This document shows positions 28,438 to 38,464 of a DNA stretch of 64,000 nt, one piece after another. Source of the stretch: an uncultured archaeon (GTDB lineage: Archaea; Hadarchaeota; Hadarchaeia; Hadarchaeales; Hadarchaeaceae); assembly GCA_937921735.1 (NCBI GenBank), contig CAKZTQ010000015.1, positions 1-64,000 of the forward strand. The letters are read 5' to 3'. Position numbers and translations under genes: made by a program. Each line of letters opens with the position of its first letter. Within the stretch, counting starts at the first letter, position 1. Below the pieces are notes generated by a model. It searched no databases. It was given only the letters and a program-made list of their open reading frames with translations, and had not been told where the DNA came from.

Positions 28438-28475
28438 GGTTAAACAGCACTCCCCCGACCTAAAATGGGGGAAAC

Positions 28476-29144
28476 ATGTCGTTGATCAAAAAAGGGGCAG
28501 AGGCAAACCTTTACCTAGAGGATTTCTCGAAGGTGCTCCACCCAGCTGGTGCCGGCAAGGTCATCGTCAAGCATCGCGTAAGCAAGGAATACAGGGTGCC
28601 CCAGCTCGACCTGCGGCTACGGGAAAGCCGCACCGCCCTCGAGGCGAGGTTGCTCGCGGATGCCAAGGTCGCGGGTGTGCCGACGCCTGCCGTCTACGAA
28701 GTCGATCGAACGGGCATGCGATTGGTCTTGGAATTCGTCGAAGGGGAACGAGTAAAATCGGTCTTGGATAAGCTCAAGCCCGCCCAGAGGCATAAGCTGT
28801 GCCGCCTCATAGGTATGCAGATCGCTCGTCTGCACAAAGCGGGAATGGTGCACGGGGACCTGACGACCTCTAACATGATATTGACGAAAAACGGCAAAGT
28901 TTACTTCGTGGACTTTGGACTGGGGGAGTACGACCGCTCGCTCGAGGCACGCGGCGTTGACCTCCACCTGCTCAAACGTGCCCTGCAGAGCACTCATTTT
29001 CGTATTGCCGATAAAGCTTATGCGGCGATCATCGCCGGCTATAGGGACGAGCTGGGGAAATCCGCCGATGATATCATCAGACGCGCCGAGGAGATCGAAA
29101 GGCGCGGCCGCTATGTGCCAAGGGAGGAGAGAACTTGGACCTGA
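28476..29144 (+). CDS. bud32: KEOPS kinase Bud32
   Basis: KGAEA, HGDLTTSN, VDFGL. Confidence 0.95.
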   Translation: MSLIKKGAEANLYLEDFSKVLHPAGAGKVIVKHRVSKEYRVPQLDLRLRESRTALEARLLADAKVAGVPTPAVYEVDRTGMRLVLEFVEGERVKSVLDKLKPAQRHKLCRLIGMQIARLHKAGMVHGDLTTSNMILTKNGKVYFVDFGLGEYDRSLEARGVDLHLLKRALQSTHFRIADKAYAAIIAGYRDELGKSADDIIRRAEEIERRGRYVPREERTWT

Positions 29145-29701
29145 TCTTCGCGACCAGAAATCGCCATAAGTTCGAAGAGGTGAGGGAGATGGCCTCGGTC
29201 TACGGGATAAAGCTTAAGATGTACCGCGGGCCCCGTGAGGAGATTCAGTCGGATAAGCTGGAGGAAATAGCAAAGCACAGCGCGATCGTCGCATGTACGG
29301 CGCTGAAAAGGCCATGTTTCGCGGAGGATGCCGGCCTGTTCGTGAAGGCCCTGCACGGCTTCCCAGGACCCTACTCCTCGTATGCGTTCAAAACCATAGG
29401 CAACGATGGTCTGCTAAAACTAATGGCCGGAGAGGGCAACAGAGGGGCCGAGTTCCGCTCGGCGATAGCATACTGCGAACCAGGTTCGAGACCGGTCGTA
29501 TTCTCCGGGAATGTGAGGGGATATATCGCGAGCGCGAGGCGTGGATCGGGAGGCTTCGGATTTGACCCTATTTTTATTCCGATCGGTGGAGACGGCAGGA
29601 CCTTTGCCGAGATGTCGATCGACGAAAAAAACAAATTTTCTCACCGCGCAAAGGCCTTCGAAAAGTTTCTTAAGTGGTACATCCAAAGGAAGAAGGCCTG
29701 A
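29135..29701 (+). CDS. rdgB: XTP/dITP diphosphatase (RdgB/HAM1)
   Basis: [30 protein letters not shown]. Confidence 0.94.
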   Translation: MDLIFATRNRHKFEEVREMASVYGIKLKMYRGPREEIQSDKLEEIAKHSAIVACTALKRPCFAEDAGLFVKALHGFPGPYSSYAFKTIGNDGLLKLMAGEGNRGAEFRSAIAYCEPGSRPVVFSGNVRGYIASARRGSGGFGFDPIFIPIGGDGRTFAEMSIDEKNKFSHRAKAFEKFLKWYIQRKKA

Positions 29702-29712
29702 GGTGGGAGAAA

Positions 29713-30135
29713 ATGGGAGAACCATCAGAAAGTCGAAGGGCCATCAAATCCCCAAGCGGTCTATCCGCTAGCGAGGTGGAGGAACTAGTGGTGAAACTGG
29801 CGAAGGGTGGGCACTCTGCAAGCATGATCGGCCTCATCCTACGCGATCAGTATGGCGTACCGGACGTAAAGCAGATCACGGGAAAAAGCGTAACACAGAT
29901 CTTAGATGAGCACGGCTTAAAGCCTGAGATACCCGAGGACCTGATGAACCTGATCAAAAAAGCGGTCGGGCTGCGCAGGCATCTGGAGCGAAATAGAAAG
30001 GATATGTCCTCCAAGCGGGCCCTCCAGATCCTCGAGAGCAGGATAAATAGGCTTGCCAAGTATTATGTCCGAGTCGGCGCGCTACCCGCGGGCTGGCGTT
30101 ACGAGCCAGAAAAGGCGGCGCTTTTGGTTCGATAG
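29713..30135 (+). CDS. rps15p: Ribosomal protein S15P/S13e
   Basis: [29 protein letters not shown]. Confidence 0.93.
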   Translation: MGEPSESRRAIKSPSGLSASEVEELVVKLAKGGHSASMIGLILRDQYGVPDVKQITGKSVTQILDEHGLKPEIPEDLMNLIKKAVGLRRHLERNRKDMSSKRALQILESRINRLAKYYVRVGALPAGWRYEPEKAALLVR

Positions 30136-31581
30136 GTGCCCAACTTGATACCCGCTGAGATAAGGAAATTTTACCGCATGGCGGAGGAGGCGGCCGCGTT
30201 CTTCAAGGCCCATCTGATGGGAAGAAGTCGCGTTAGGATTATAACTCACGTAGATGCCGACGGGATCGCAGCGGCCGGGGTCCTAGCTAGGTGCCTCCAT
30301 GCTTACGATGTACCGTTTCACATCAGGTTCACAAGCCCGCTCAAACCAGCGGAGATAATGGAACTGGGCAACGAAGGGTATGATTTATTCATCTTCGTGG
30401 ATCAAGGCAGCGGCCAGATTTCAGCTATAGAAAAGTTTCTGCTGGAGAAGGGATGCGATGTCCTAATCCTAGATCATCATCCCAGTGAACTCCCGAAGCA
30501 CAGGAACCTGTCCTACCTCAATCCCCATGCGTGTGGACTCAACGGGGCGAAGGACGTGAGCGCTGCTGGGGTAGTTTATTCGCTCGTGGAACGTGTGGAC
30601 GCAAGCTTTACCCGCCTCATCGGACATGCGATAACAGGTGCGATAGGGGACCGCCAAGAATTTTACTCTGGTTTCGCTGGCGTGAACGAAACGCTACTTA
30701 AGCGAGCCATAGACCTCGGGCTCCTGTGCACCCGCACCGGCCTTAAGCTCATTGGGCGATGGCTCCCGATCGCCGAGTGCTTAGCGATGTCCATCAGGCC
30801 CTATCTACATGGCCTATCCTATGAGCTGGGGGCGTGCCGCTCTTTGATCGAGGAACTCAAGATACCACCAGAGACCACGCTTGAGGAACTGGACGAGACT
30901 TCCGAGGAAAAACTCAGGGACGCCATTATAGCGAGGATGGGCGCCACAGCAGCCTGCGAGAGCTTCCGCCGCACGCTCTGGGGAACTATTTATAGAATGA
31001 CAAGGGAAGTGGTGGGCCCACCAAACGTCCACGAGCAGGTAGCTGTGCTGGACGCCTGCGGTAAGCTCGGCAAACCCCAAGTTGGTTTTGCGCTAACGGT
31101 GGGGGATCGAACGATGCTACCCGAGGCCATGGAAACCCTGAGGACCTATCAGGAGAAGATGAGGGAAGCTCTGAGTTGGTTTGCGGCAAACCTCACTTCC
31201 TTCAAAACTACACAACAGATGCACTATGTTCTCACGAGCGAGAAGGTCGATGAAAGCCTCTTAGGGGAAGCCTTGGCGCTGGCGATGGAATCCGGAATCG
31301 TGCCGACGGACCGCCCGGTAATAGGGATGGTGGAGGTCGATGCCACCGAACTTAAGGTCTCCGCCAGGGCCACGCCCGATCTAGCGATGCGGGGCGTAAA
31401 CGTGGGGCAAGCAATAGCAAAGGCCGCCAAGACCGTGGGCGGCGAGGGTGGTGGCCACGATGTCTCCGCGGCCGCCCGAATTCCGCGCGACCGGGTGAAA
31501 GAATTTATAACAAAGCTGGACCAGAGCCTAGCCGAGGGGGATGTCGATGAACCATCCGCGGCGAGTACAATTGGGGTTTAG
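30136..31581 (+). CDS. RecJ-like DHH phosphoesterase
   Basis: HVDADG, D, DHH, GDRQ, GGGH; conserved position after rps15. Confidence 0.88.
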   Translation: MPNLIPAEIRKFYRMAEEAAAFFKAHLMGRSRVRIITHVDADGIAAAGVLARCLHAYDVPFHIRFTSPLKPAEIMELGNEGYDLFIFVDQGSGQISAIEKFLLEKGCDVLILDHHPSELPKHRNLSYLNPHACGLNGAKDVSAAGVVYSLVERVDASFTRLIGHAITGAIGDRQEFYSGFAGVNETLLKRAIDLGLLCTRTGLKLIGRWLPIAECLAMSIRPYLHGLSYELGACRSLIEELKIPPETTLEELDETSEEKLRDAIIARMGATAACESFRRTLWGTIYRMTREVVGPPNVHEQVAVLDACGKLGKPQVGFALTVGDRTMLPEAMETLRTYQEKMREALSWFAANLTSFKTTQQMHYVLTSEKVDESLLGEALALAMESGIVPTDRPVIGMVEVDATELKVSARATPDLAMRGVNVGQAIAKAAKTVGGEGGGHDVSAAARIPRDRVKEFITKLDQSLAEGDVDEPSAASTIGV

Positions 31582-31582
31582 G

Positions 31583-32932
31583 ATGGACGAAGACGTCAGG
31601 CGGGCCATTGAGCTCCTCGAGGATTTGAAAGAGATAGAGAGCCCCCGCATACTAAATTTCTCGCATCACGATTTGGACGGTATATGTAGCGCAGCGATAA
31701 TCAAGCGCCTGCTCCAGCGATATTTAAACGCGACCGTCGTCACCAAGCTTCCCCCCCGGTTCATGCTAACGACGTCCGAGGTCGAAGATGCCTTGGCTGA
31801 TGGGCCTTTCGATGCCCTTGTGATCTCGGACAAGGGCACGTTTGATCACTACGACGATTTTCTCGAATACGTCGAAAGAGTGCTCGTGATAGACCATCAC
31901 CTTAGCGATGGTGTGCCAAAGCGCTGCGTGGTATACAATCCCTCCGCCCACCGCTCGGTCCCCACAGCTGCCTCCTTGCTGTGCCTCATGCTGGCGGAGG
32001 AGCTTGATCTAACGGACGAATACGATGATTTCGCCGCTTTAATGGGATGCAGAGGAGATTTCGTCTTCGATCCCGTCCTTGATAACTGCGAGGAGTTTGC
32101 AAAACCATTCATCGAACGATCGGCGAGAAAATTTAAAAACATGTTCGAGCCCAAGGTTGAGCGCCCGACTATGTTTGATTTAGTGGATAGGGAACGTACG
32201 ACACTGATCAACCAAATCGGGGAGCTGCTGCATGCCGGTTGCCTCGCCCATTTCTATCAATCGGCCGAGCGGTTCTACGGTCCGGAGCTGGTCCTCAATT
32301 GTATATTGAAGCTCGCGGACGAAAAAATCAAGTTAAACGAGCTCAACAGCTTAGGAGACCTACTTAGCCATTTACATTTACCCGTCAGCCAAGTTCTCTC
32401 AAACGCGTACAATGCCTTCAAGTCCGATTGGGATCTCCTCGCGAGAAGGGCTGAAAACTCGATATTGCTCAATGAGGTTCAAGGAGTCGGGATTTACCTA
32501 ATATTCGCAAGGGAAGCGCCCGCGATGCAGGCGGCACCTTTCCCAGCCATATTGCCATACGTCGCGATGACCAAGTTGCATCCGTTAAGGACATCTAAGA
32601 ACCATCAGAATGTTTTGATGATCGTCTTCTGCCCAAAAACTCAGGGGGTGCACATTTCCATGCGAAGCACGGGCGGCGTTTTAGACTGCCATATCCTATG
32701 TAGCGAGTTAGCAAGGCGCATAAAAACACTTTACCGCCAAAATGAGGGAATCTCAGGAGGAGGACATGAGAAGGCGGCTGAATGTTTCATCAGCGGATCT
32801 GTGCCGATGTACGCCGCGATGCACGAGTTAATGTCCCTCGTGCGAGAAATCGTTCAATTCGCCAAGGGTGGATCAGGGCTTGAAGAAAAAGTTAAAGCTT
32901 TCAACGATGATTCACGGATCCCCCGACCTTGA
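31583..32932 (+). CDS. Second DHH-family phosphoesterase (divergent)
   Basis: HHDLDG, SD, IDHH, GD, SMRS, GGGH; start approximate. Confidence 0.82.
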   Translation: MDEDVRRAIELLEDLKEIESPRILNFSHHDLDGICSAAIIKRLLQRYLNATVVTKLPPRFMLTTSEVEDALADGPFDALVISDKGTFDHYDDFLEYVERVLVIDHHLSDGVPKRCVVYNPSAHRSVPTAASLLCLMLAEELDLTDEYDDFAALMGCRGDFVFDPVLDNCEEFAKPFIERSARKFKNMFEPKVERPTMFDLVDRERTTLINQIGELLHAGCLAHFYQSAERFYGPELVLNCILKLADEKIKLNELNSLGDLLSHLHLPVSQVLSNAYNAFKSDWDLLARRAENSILLNEVQGVGIYLIFAREAPAMQAAPFPAILPYVAMTKLHPLRTSKNHQNVLMIVFCPKTQGVHISMRSTGGVLDCHILCSELARRIKTLYRQNEGISGGGHEKAAECFISGSVPMYAAMHELMSLVREIVQFAKGGSGLEEKVKAFNDDSRIPRP

Positions 32933-32974
32933 CCACCCTTATTAAGCAATGCCAAATAAATTTGAGTGATAAAG

Positions 32975-33397
32975 ATGACATTTGAACAAAGTGAACTCCA
33001 ACGGCTAGTTGAGGTAATTATCGACCTGCTGCAGCGCTATTGGCATGATCCCGGCGCGATAGAGGTCATTCAATCGGAGCTCGACAAGTTATATCGAAAG
33101 ATCCCTATTTACGCGGGCATTCAGGCCAACTGTCTCTCACAGGTAGTGGTGCCGATCCCCACAAACCAACTGCAGGAGGGAGAAGAGGTATCGATCCTTC
33201 TCAAGGACGACGCGATAGTGGTCGGGAAAGTATCGAAAGTCACGCCAAGCGAGGTGAAACTAGTAGAGTGCAAACAGTTCGAGCGACCTAGGTCCTGCGC
33301 AGAGGTCACGCTTCCCATCCAGAACATTCGCGAGGTAAGGCTGCTCGCGCGCGACGTCTTAAAAAGGGAGTGGCCAAGCTTGGACTTTAAAGCTTGA
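32975..33397 (+). CDS. Hypothetical protein with a possible Sm/SH3-like C-terminal barrel
   Basis: GEEVSILLKDDAIVVGKVSKV...VKLVEC...VTLPIQNIREV. Confidence 0.55.
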   Translation: MTFEQSELQRLVEVIIDLLQRYWHDPGAIEVIQSELDKLYRKIPIYAGIQANCLSQVVVPIPTNQLQEGEEVSILLKDDAIVVGKVSKVTPSEVKLVECKQFERPRSCAEVTLPIQNIREVRLLARDVLKREWPSLDFKA

Positions 33398-33406
33398 GGT
33401 GTCTAG

Positions 33407-34663
33407 ATGCCGAAGCTAAGGCTCAAGCGAGGGGATATCCTTCGGTTGGAAGGGCTTTTGAGTTTGCAGGTGGAGGAGGGCAGGGTGTTGATAAGCGGGG
33501 GTTTATACGAAAAGGGCAGCAAGATCTCGATTCCCAAAGCTAAATCGTTGCCTTTGGAGGCGGAAGAGGATGCGGTCGTCGACTATTCCTTAGGAGAAGG
33601 TGGGCACATAGAGCATCTATCGGAGCGGACGATACCTCCTGAATGGGATGCCCTCATCCGAGACATCGTCGATAAGAGGCCTCGCCTCGTGATGGTGATG
33701 GGAAACGTTGACGTAGGTAAGACTTTCTTTACAACTTACGTGGCGAACACCTTGTTGAGGCACGGCATACGCGCCGCGGCAGTCGATGGGGACGTTGGAC
33801 AGGCGGACATCGGACCACCGAGCACGGTTGGGGTTGGGTTGTTCGAACGCCCCGTTGGGCTGTTATACGAGATACCGATGCTCAGCGCATATTTCGTGGG
33901 TTCGATGTCGCCCTCCGGCCATATGCTGGAGTTCATCGTGGGAATGGCCAGGATGGTCGAGCGAGGTCTGAGGGAAGCCGAAATGGTAATAGTGAACACT
34001 CCAGGTTGGATCTTCGGCGGGCCGGCAAGGTCGCTTCAGCTTCACCTCGTAGAGCTGCTAAGGCCGGACATCGTGGTAGCCCTCCAACAGGATAAAGAAC
34101 TAGAACATTTGCTCGCATGCATCCCGCAGACGAATGTGAGAAGGATTCCCACGTCCAAAAGCGTGCGCCCGAGATCCCGCGACGAAAGGGCCTTTCTTCG
34201 TGAGCTATTACTTGGACGGTACTTCAATAACGCGGGCAGGATGGTCCTAGATCTGCGCAGGGTAAGGCTCGAACGTTGCTATTATCGCACAGGTCAGCCC
34301 ATCGACCAAAGGAGCTTGGGGATACGCGAGCCTATTTTACACGCTGAAAAGTTGCCGGAGGGGTTGCTCGTCGTCGTCAAAAGGGCCCTGAGTCAAGATG
34401 CCATCCGCGAGTTGAAAAAGAGGTTCGAGCAGGTAAAGGTGATCGAGGCGGGCAGCGAAAGATATCTGCTGGTCGGTTTGGTAGATAAGACGAATGAGCT
34501 GCTAGGTCTTGGGATTATCGAGAGGATTGATTACTCTCGCGAAAGGATGACCGTGATTACCCCCGTACGTGATAGAGACAGGATCTGGGCGGTACAGATC
34601 GGGTCGATGAAAGTAAAACCGAGCGGTAAGGAAGTTGGAGTATTGAGACCAGGGAGCTTTTAG
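33407..34663 (+). CDS. Clp1/Grc3/Nol9-family polynucleotide 5'-kinase
   Basis: GNVDVGKT, DGDVGQADIGPP, NTPGW, RSRDERAFLRE. Confidence 0.9.
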   Translation: MPKLRLKRGDILRLEGLLSLQVEEGRVLISGGLYEKGSKISIPKAKSLPLEAEEDAVVDYSLGEGGHIEHLSERTIPPEWDALIRDIVDKRPRLVMVMGNVDVGKTFFTTYVANTLLRHGIRAAAVDGDVGQADIGPPSTVGVGLFERPVGLLYEIPMLSAYFVGSMSPSGHMLEFIVGMARMVERGLREAEMVIVNTPGWIFGGPARSLQLHLVELLRPDIVVALQQDKELEHLLACIPQTNVRRIPTSKSVRPRSRDERAFLRELLLGRYFNNAGRMVLDLRRVRLERCYYRTGQPIDQRSLGIREPILHAEKLPEGLLVVVKRALSQDAIRELKKRFEQVKVIEAGSERYLLVGLVDKTNELLGLGIIERIDYSRERMTVITPVRDRDRIWAVQIGSMKVKPSGKEVGVLRPGSF

Positions 34664-34671
34664 GTGTTTCC

Positions 34672-34908
34672 ATGAGGATGAATGTCAGAGTTGTGTGTAA
34701 GTACGAAAGCGCTTCGATCGCCAAAGCGGTCGCTAGGGCATTGCAACCTGATAACCTTCAAGCTCCAAGTGGCATCGAGATCGTCACGGTAGCGCGCGGC
34801 AAGCAGGTCATCACCAGCATGAGGATGAACAATAAAATAGAAACACTTTTAGCGACGCTTGACGATTTACTTTCCTGCACTTGTACGGCAGAAAATATGA
34901 TCGGGTGA
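34672..34908 (+). CDS. pcc1: KEOPS subunit Pcc1
   Basis: ALQPDN, TLLATLDDLL; conserved position before serS-rps3ae. Confidence 0.8.
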   Translation: MRMNVRVVCKYESASIAKAVARALQPDNLQAPSGIEIVTVARGKQVITSMRMNNKIETLLATLDDLLSCTCTAENMIG

Positions 34909-36419
34909 TGAAATTGTTGTTCGAACTCAGGGTCGAGTGCACCTTCAGCCGAGAACTCGAGCAGGTAAAAGACGACGTGAAGGAAGCGATGGTGCAAGCC
35001 GGACCTCTTTTGCTCAAAGGCACGCCTCCGGGCAAGGAGGCAGAGGCCGCGAGGATCGAGAGCTGGCAAATTGATGGCAAGAAGCTGGAGCTTGTGATAG
35101 TATCGGGAAGGTACGTGCGCGCGCACGATGCGTTGTTGAGGTTGGCCAAGGTAATAGGAACTGAACTCGGAAAAAAACATAAGATAGGTCTCAGGAGGAT
35201 CTCGGCGCGAGAGTATCGAGTAACGCTGCCCATCAATATGCCTCCCGACCGAGCTAGACAACTTCTGGCAGGACTGCCGTGCGAGGTCGTGGTGGAGGAC
35301 CAAAAAGCCGTGCTGATTTTGCGCGACCTAGATGAGGCCGCATTGCGGGGCCATGTCGTGAATAGGCTAATCGCGATGGCGGAAGCCGCGCTTAGGGAGG
35401 TACCGCCGGTCGCCGCGCCGAAGGTGGTGAAAGAAGGGGACGAGATAGAGCATCCGTTCCGCGAGGACCCGCTGGAGGTCGCGAAGCGATTGGGTTGGAT
35501 AGCGGAATTCCCGGGAAGGGGACAGTGGACCTATACTACACCTTACGCTAAGTTGCTCCGAGTGTTAGAGGATCTCATAATAGATCGGATAGCCCTAAAG
35601 CTTGGCTTTGAGGAAGTCCTCCTTCCCAAACTCATCCCGCTCGAGGTGATGCAGAAGATGCCCGGTTACTTGGACGAGCTACCTGAAGGCATGTACTATG
35701 TTTGCCCCCCGCCTCGGGAGCCAGAGGTCTTCACCGATTTCAAGCGCAGGCTTAAGCTCACCAAGAGACTTCCCCTCGACGAGCTCCGCAGGTGCTTGAA
35801 GGAACCAGCTTATGTGCTGGCGCCAGCTCAATGCGAGCCTTTCTATGAATATTTCGGCCACAAGAGGGTTAAGGTCGAGGACATGCCCATCAAATTCTTC
35901 GACAGGAGTGGTTGGACCTACAGGTGGGAAGGAGGGGGTGTTGAGGGTATCATACGCACCCAAGAGTTCAGGCGCATCGAGTTCGTGTTCATCGGTAAGC
36001 CCGAGGATGTGGTCAACATCAGGGATGCTGTAAGGGATAAAAGCGTTGAGCTAGCCAAGGAGCTCGGTTTGAGGTGGCGCCTGTTGGTGGCGACCCCCTT
36101 CTACATGCGGGAGGGGGGCATCGAGGAGGATATAACCGACAGCCGCAAAGTCGCTACTTATGACCTCGAGGTCAAGCTACCCTATAAGGACGATTGGCTG
36201 GAGGTGGCCTCTTTCCATGTGCACCGGACGAAGTTCGTGGAAACCTTTAAGATAAAAGAAATCAAGGGGCGAGAGATATGGACCGGATGCTGCGGCTTTG
36301 GAACCACGAGGTGGGTGGCCAGCTTCCTCGCACAGCATGGCTTCGATCCAACCAAGTGGCCGGAGCTCGTGAGGAAAAGGGTGGAGCCGCTGCCTAAGAT
36401 ACATTGGACGGTGATGTGA
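34908..36419 (+). CDS. serS: Seryl-tRNA synthetase, methanogen-type (type 2)
   Basis: SGRYVRAHDA, PAQCEPFY, RWEGGG, EFRRIE, WTGCCG (Zn ligands Cys/Glu/Cys). Confidence 0.92.
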   Translation: MKLLFELRVECTFSRELEQVKDDVKEAMVQAGPLLLKGTPPGKEAEAARIESWQIDGKKLELVIVSGRYVRAHDALLRLAKVIGTELGKKHKIGLRRISAREYRVTLPINMPPDRARQLLAGLPCEVVVEDQKAVLILRDLDEAALRGHVVNRLIAMAEAALREVPPVAAPKVVKEGDEIEHPFREDPLEVAKRLGWIAEFPGRGQWTYTTPYAKLLRVLEDLIIDRIALKLGFEEVLLPKLIPLEVMQKMPGYLDELPEGMYYVCPPPREPEVFTDFKRRLKLTKRLPLDELRRCLKEPAYVLAPAQCEPFYEYFGHKRVKVEDMPIKFFDRSGWTYRWEGGGVEGIIRTQEFRRIEFVFIGKPEDVVNIRDAVRDKSVELAKELGLRWRLLVATPFYMREGGIEEDITDSRKVATYDLEVKLPYKDDWLEVASFHVHRTKFVETFKIKEIKGREIWTGCCGFGTTRWVASFLAQHGFDPTKWPELVRKRVEPLPKIHWTVM

Positions 36420-37027
36420 TGGAAGAAAAAGCGCGGGAACGTCGGGCGGGTAGGGACACCTGGGGGGAAAAAGGATGGTATGACGTGTTTGCTCCCCCGA
36501 TGTTCGGTGAGACCAAGATAGGTGAGACCCCGGCTTCAGACCCACGCCTTTTGGAAGGACGGGTGTTAGAAACCACGTTGGGCGATTTGATAGACGATTT
36601 TTCAAAATCGCACATCAAGCTCTACTTTCAAATAGAAAAGGTGGAGGGAAACCGCGCCATAACGAGTTTCGTCGGCCACGACATGGCCTCCGACTACATC
36701 AGGAGCCAAGTCAGGAGGAGGGCAAGTAAGGTGGACTGCATATGCACGGTGACTACGCGGGACGGGTACAAACTGCGGGTGAGCTCGATGGTGACTACCC
36801 TCCGCCGCATCCAGAGCTCGCAGATCAGGGCGATCCGTAAGGGGATGCGTGAAGTCGTAGAGCGCCGCGCCACCGAGCGCAACTTCGACCAATTCATCCA
36901 AGAGGTCGTGCTCGGCAAGCTCTCCTCTGATATCTACAAGGTGGTAAAGAAGATCTGCCCAGTCAAGCGGGCTGAAGTCAGAAAGACAAAAGTGCTCAGC
37001 ACCCCCTCAAAAGGGGTAGGTTTTTAG
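36419..37027 (+). CDS. rps3ae: Ribosomal protein S3Ae
   Basis: KGWYDVFAPPMF, GRVLETTL, DYIRSQVRR. Confidence 0.95.
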   Translation: MEEKARERRAGRDTWGEKGWYDVFAPPMFGETKIGETPASDPRLLEGRVLETTLGDLIDDFSKSHIKLYFQIEKVEGNRAITSFVGHDMASDYIRSQVRRRASKVDCICTVTTRDGYKLRVSSMVTTLRRIQSSQIRAIRKGMREVVERRATERNFDQFIQEVVLGKLSSDIYKVVKKICPVKRAEVRKTKVLSTPSKGVGF

Positions 37028-38398
37028 ATGAGGAGACTATTTGGCACCTCCGGCATAAGGGGTGTGGTGAACGAGGATCTAACCCCAGAGCTCTTTCTCG
37101 ACATGGGTCTAACTTTAGCGACTCAACTGGGAAATTCCGGCATAGTGGTGGTAGGCAAAGACCCCCGCACCTCAAGCGAGATGCTCGAAAGCGCCCTTAT
37201 CTCTGGATTGATCTCCGGTGGTTGTGACGTTATAAGGCTCGGTGTCGTCCCCACGCCGGTTGTGGGCTTTGCCGTGCGCTCGTTGGGTGCAAGCGCGGGG
37301 GCGATGATAACCGCCTCCCATAACCCGCCTGAGTACAACGGGTTGAAATTTTGGGATAGTAAGGGCATGGCATATTCACCTGCGCTGGAGGAAGAGGTCG
37401 AGGAGTTATATTTTAGGAGGAGGACCAAGCCCGTCGCATGGGATGAAATAGGAAAAGTGGAAGAGGTAGATGTGCTTCCAAGATATCTGGAAGAAATAAC
37501 TCGTTCGGTTTCTTTGAAAAAGGGATACACCGTCGTCTTAGACTGCGGCAATGGAGCTGGGGCCATCGTCACGCCCCACCTCTTGCGGAGACTTGGCTGC
37601 AAAGTAATTACCATCAACTCGCAGCTCGACGGGCACTTTCCGGGCAGAGGGCTCGAACCTACTCCAGAAAACCTCCAAGAACTCTGCGGTGTGATAAGGT
37701 CTGTGGGCGCAGACATCGGGCTGGCTCACGACGGGGACGCTGACCGCATAGCCGCGGTGGACGAGAGAGGAAGAGTGGCCGAACCAGATAAATTGCTCGC
37801 TCTCATGGCTGCCCATCAAGTCAGGAAAAAAGGAGATACGGTGGTGACCACGGTTGACGCATCGAACGTAGTGGACGAGAGCGTAAAGGCGAAGGGAGGA
37901 AAAGTCGTGAGGACGAAAGTAGGAGACGTAAACGTCGCGAGCGAGGTCAAGAAGAGGGGAGCCATCTTCGGAGGAGAGCCGAGCGGAGCGTGGATATTCC
38001 CACATGTTCATCTGGCGCCCGATGGTCCACTAGCTGCGGCAAAGATCTTAGAGCTACTGAGCTCAACGGGAAAAACCCTCTCCGAGCTGCTAGATGCCCT
38101 ACCTACGTATCCAACGCTGAGGGAAAGAATAGCCTGCCCCAACGAGAAAAAGACGTCTGCTATGAAGAAGTTCGAAGCCCTGGCGACGAAGGAGTTTAGG
38201 GATGTGGCAGATGTGCTAACCATCGACGGCATCCGACTTTCCCTAAGGGATGGAGGTTGGCTACTCGTTAGGCCCTCTGGCACCGAGCCTTACATCAGGA
38301 TAACGGCTGAGGGGAGGACCCCCAAGCGCGCGGAAGAGATGCTAAATTCAGCTGTCGGGATCCTGAAAAAAATCATCGAGCATAAGGCAAGGTCCTGA
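37028..38398 (+). CDS. glmM: Phosphoglucosamine mutase / phosphohexomutase
   Basis: FGTSGIRG, TASHNP, DGDADR, RPSGTEP. Confidence 0.9.
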   Translation: MRRLFGTSGIRGVVNEDLTPELFLDMGLTLATQLGNSGIVVVGKDPRTSSEMLESALISGLISGGCDVIRLGVVPTPVVGFAVRSLGASAGAMITASHNPPEYNGLKFWDSKGMAYSPALEEEVEELYFRRRTKPVAWDEIGKVEEVDVLPRYLEEITRSVSLKKGYTVVLDCGNGAGAIVTPHLLRRLGCKVITINSQLDGHFPGRGLEPTPENLQELCGVIRSVGADIGLAHDGDADRIAAVDERGRVAEPDKLLALMAAHQVRKKGDTVVTTVDASNVVDESVKAKGGKVVRTKVGDVNVASEVKKRGAIFGGEPSGAWIFPHVHLAPDGPLAAAKILELLSSTGKTLSELLDALPTYPTLRERIACPNEKKTSAMKKFEALATKEFRDVADVLTIDGIRLSLRDGGWLLVRPSGTEPYIRITAEGRTPKRAEEMLNSAVGILKKIIEHKARS

Positions 38399-38464
38399 CC
38401 CTAAAGATTTTGCTACCTTCAGCTTTTTTATTGAACCAAAACTATAACATTTCTTCGGGAACAG

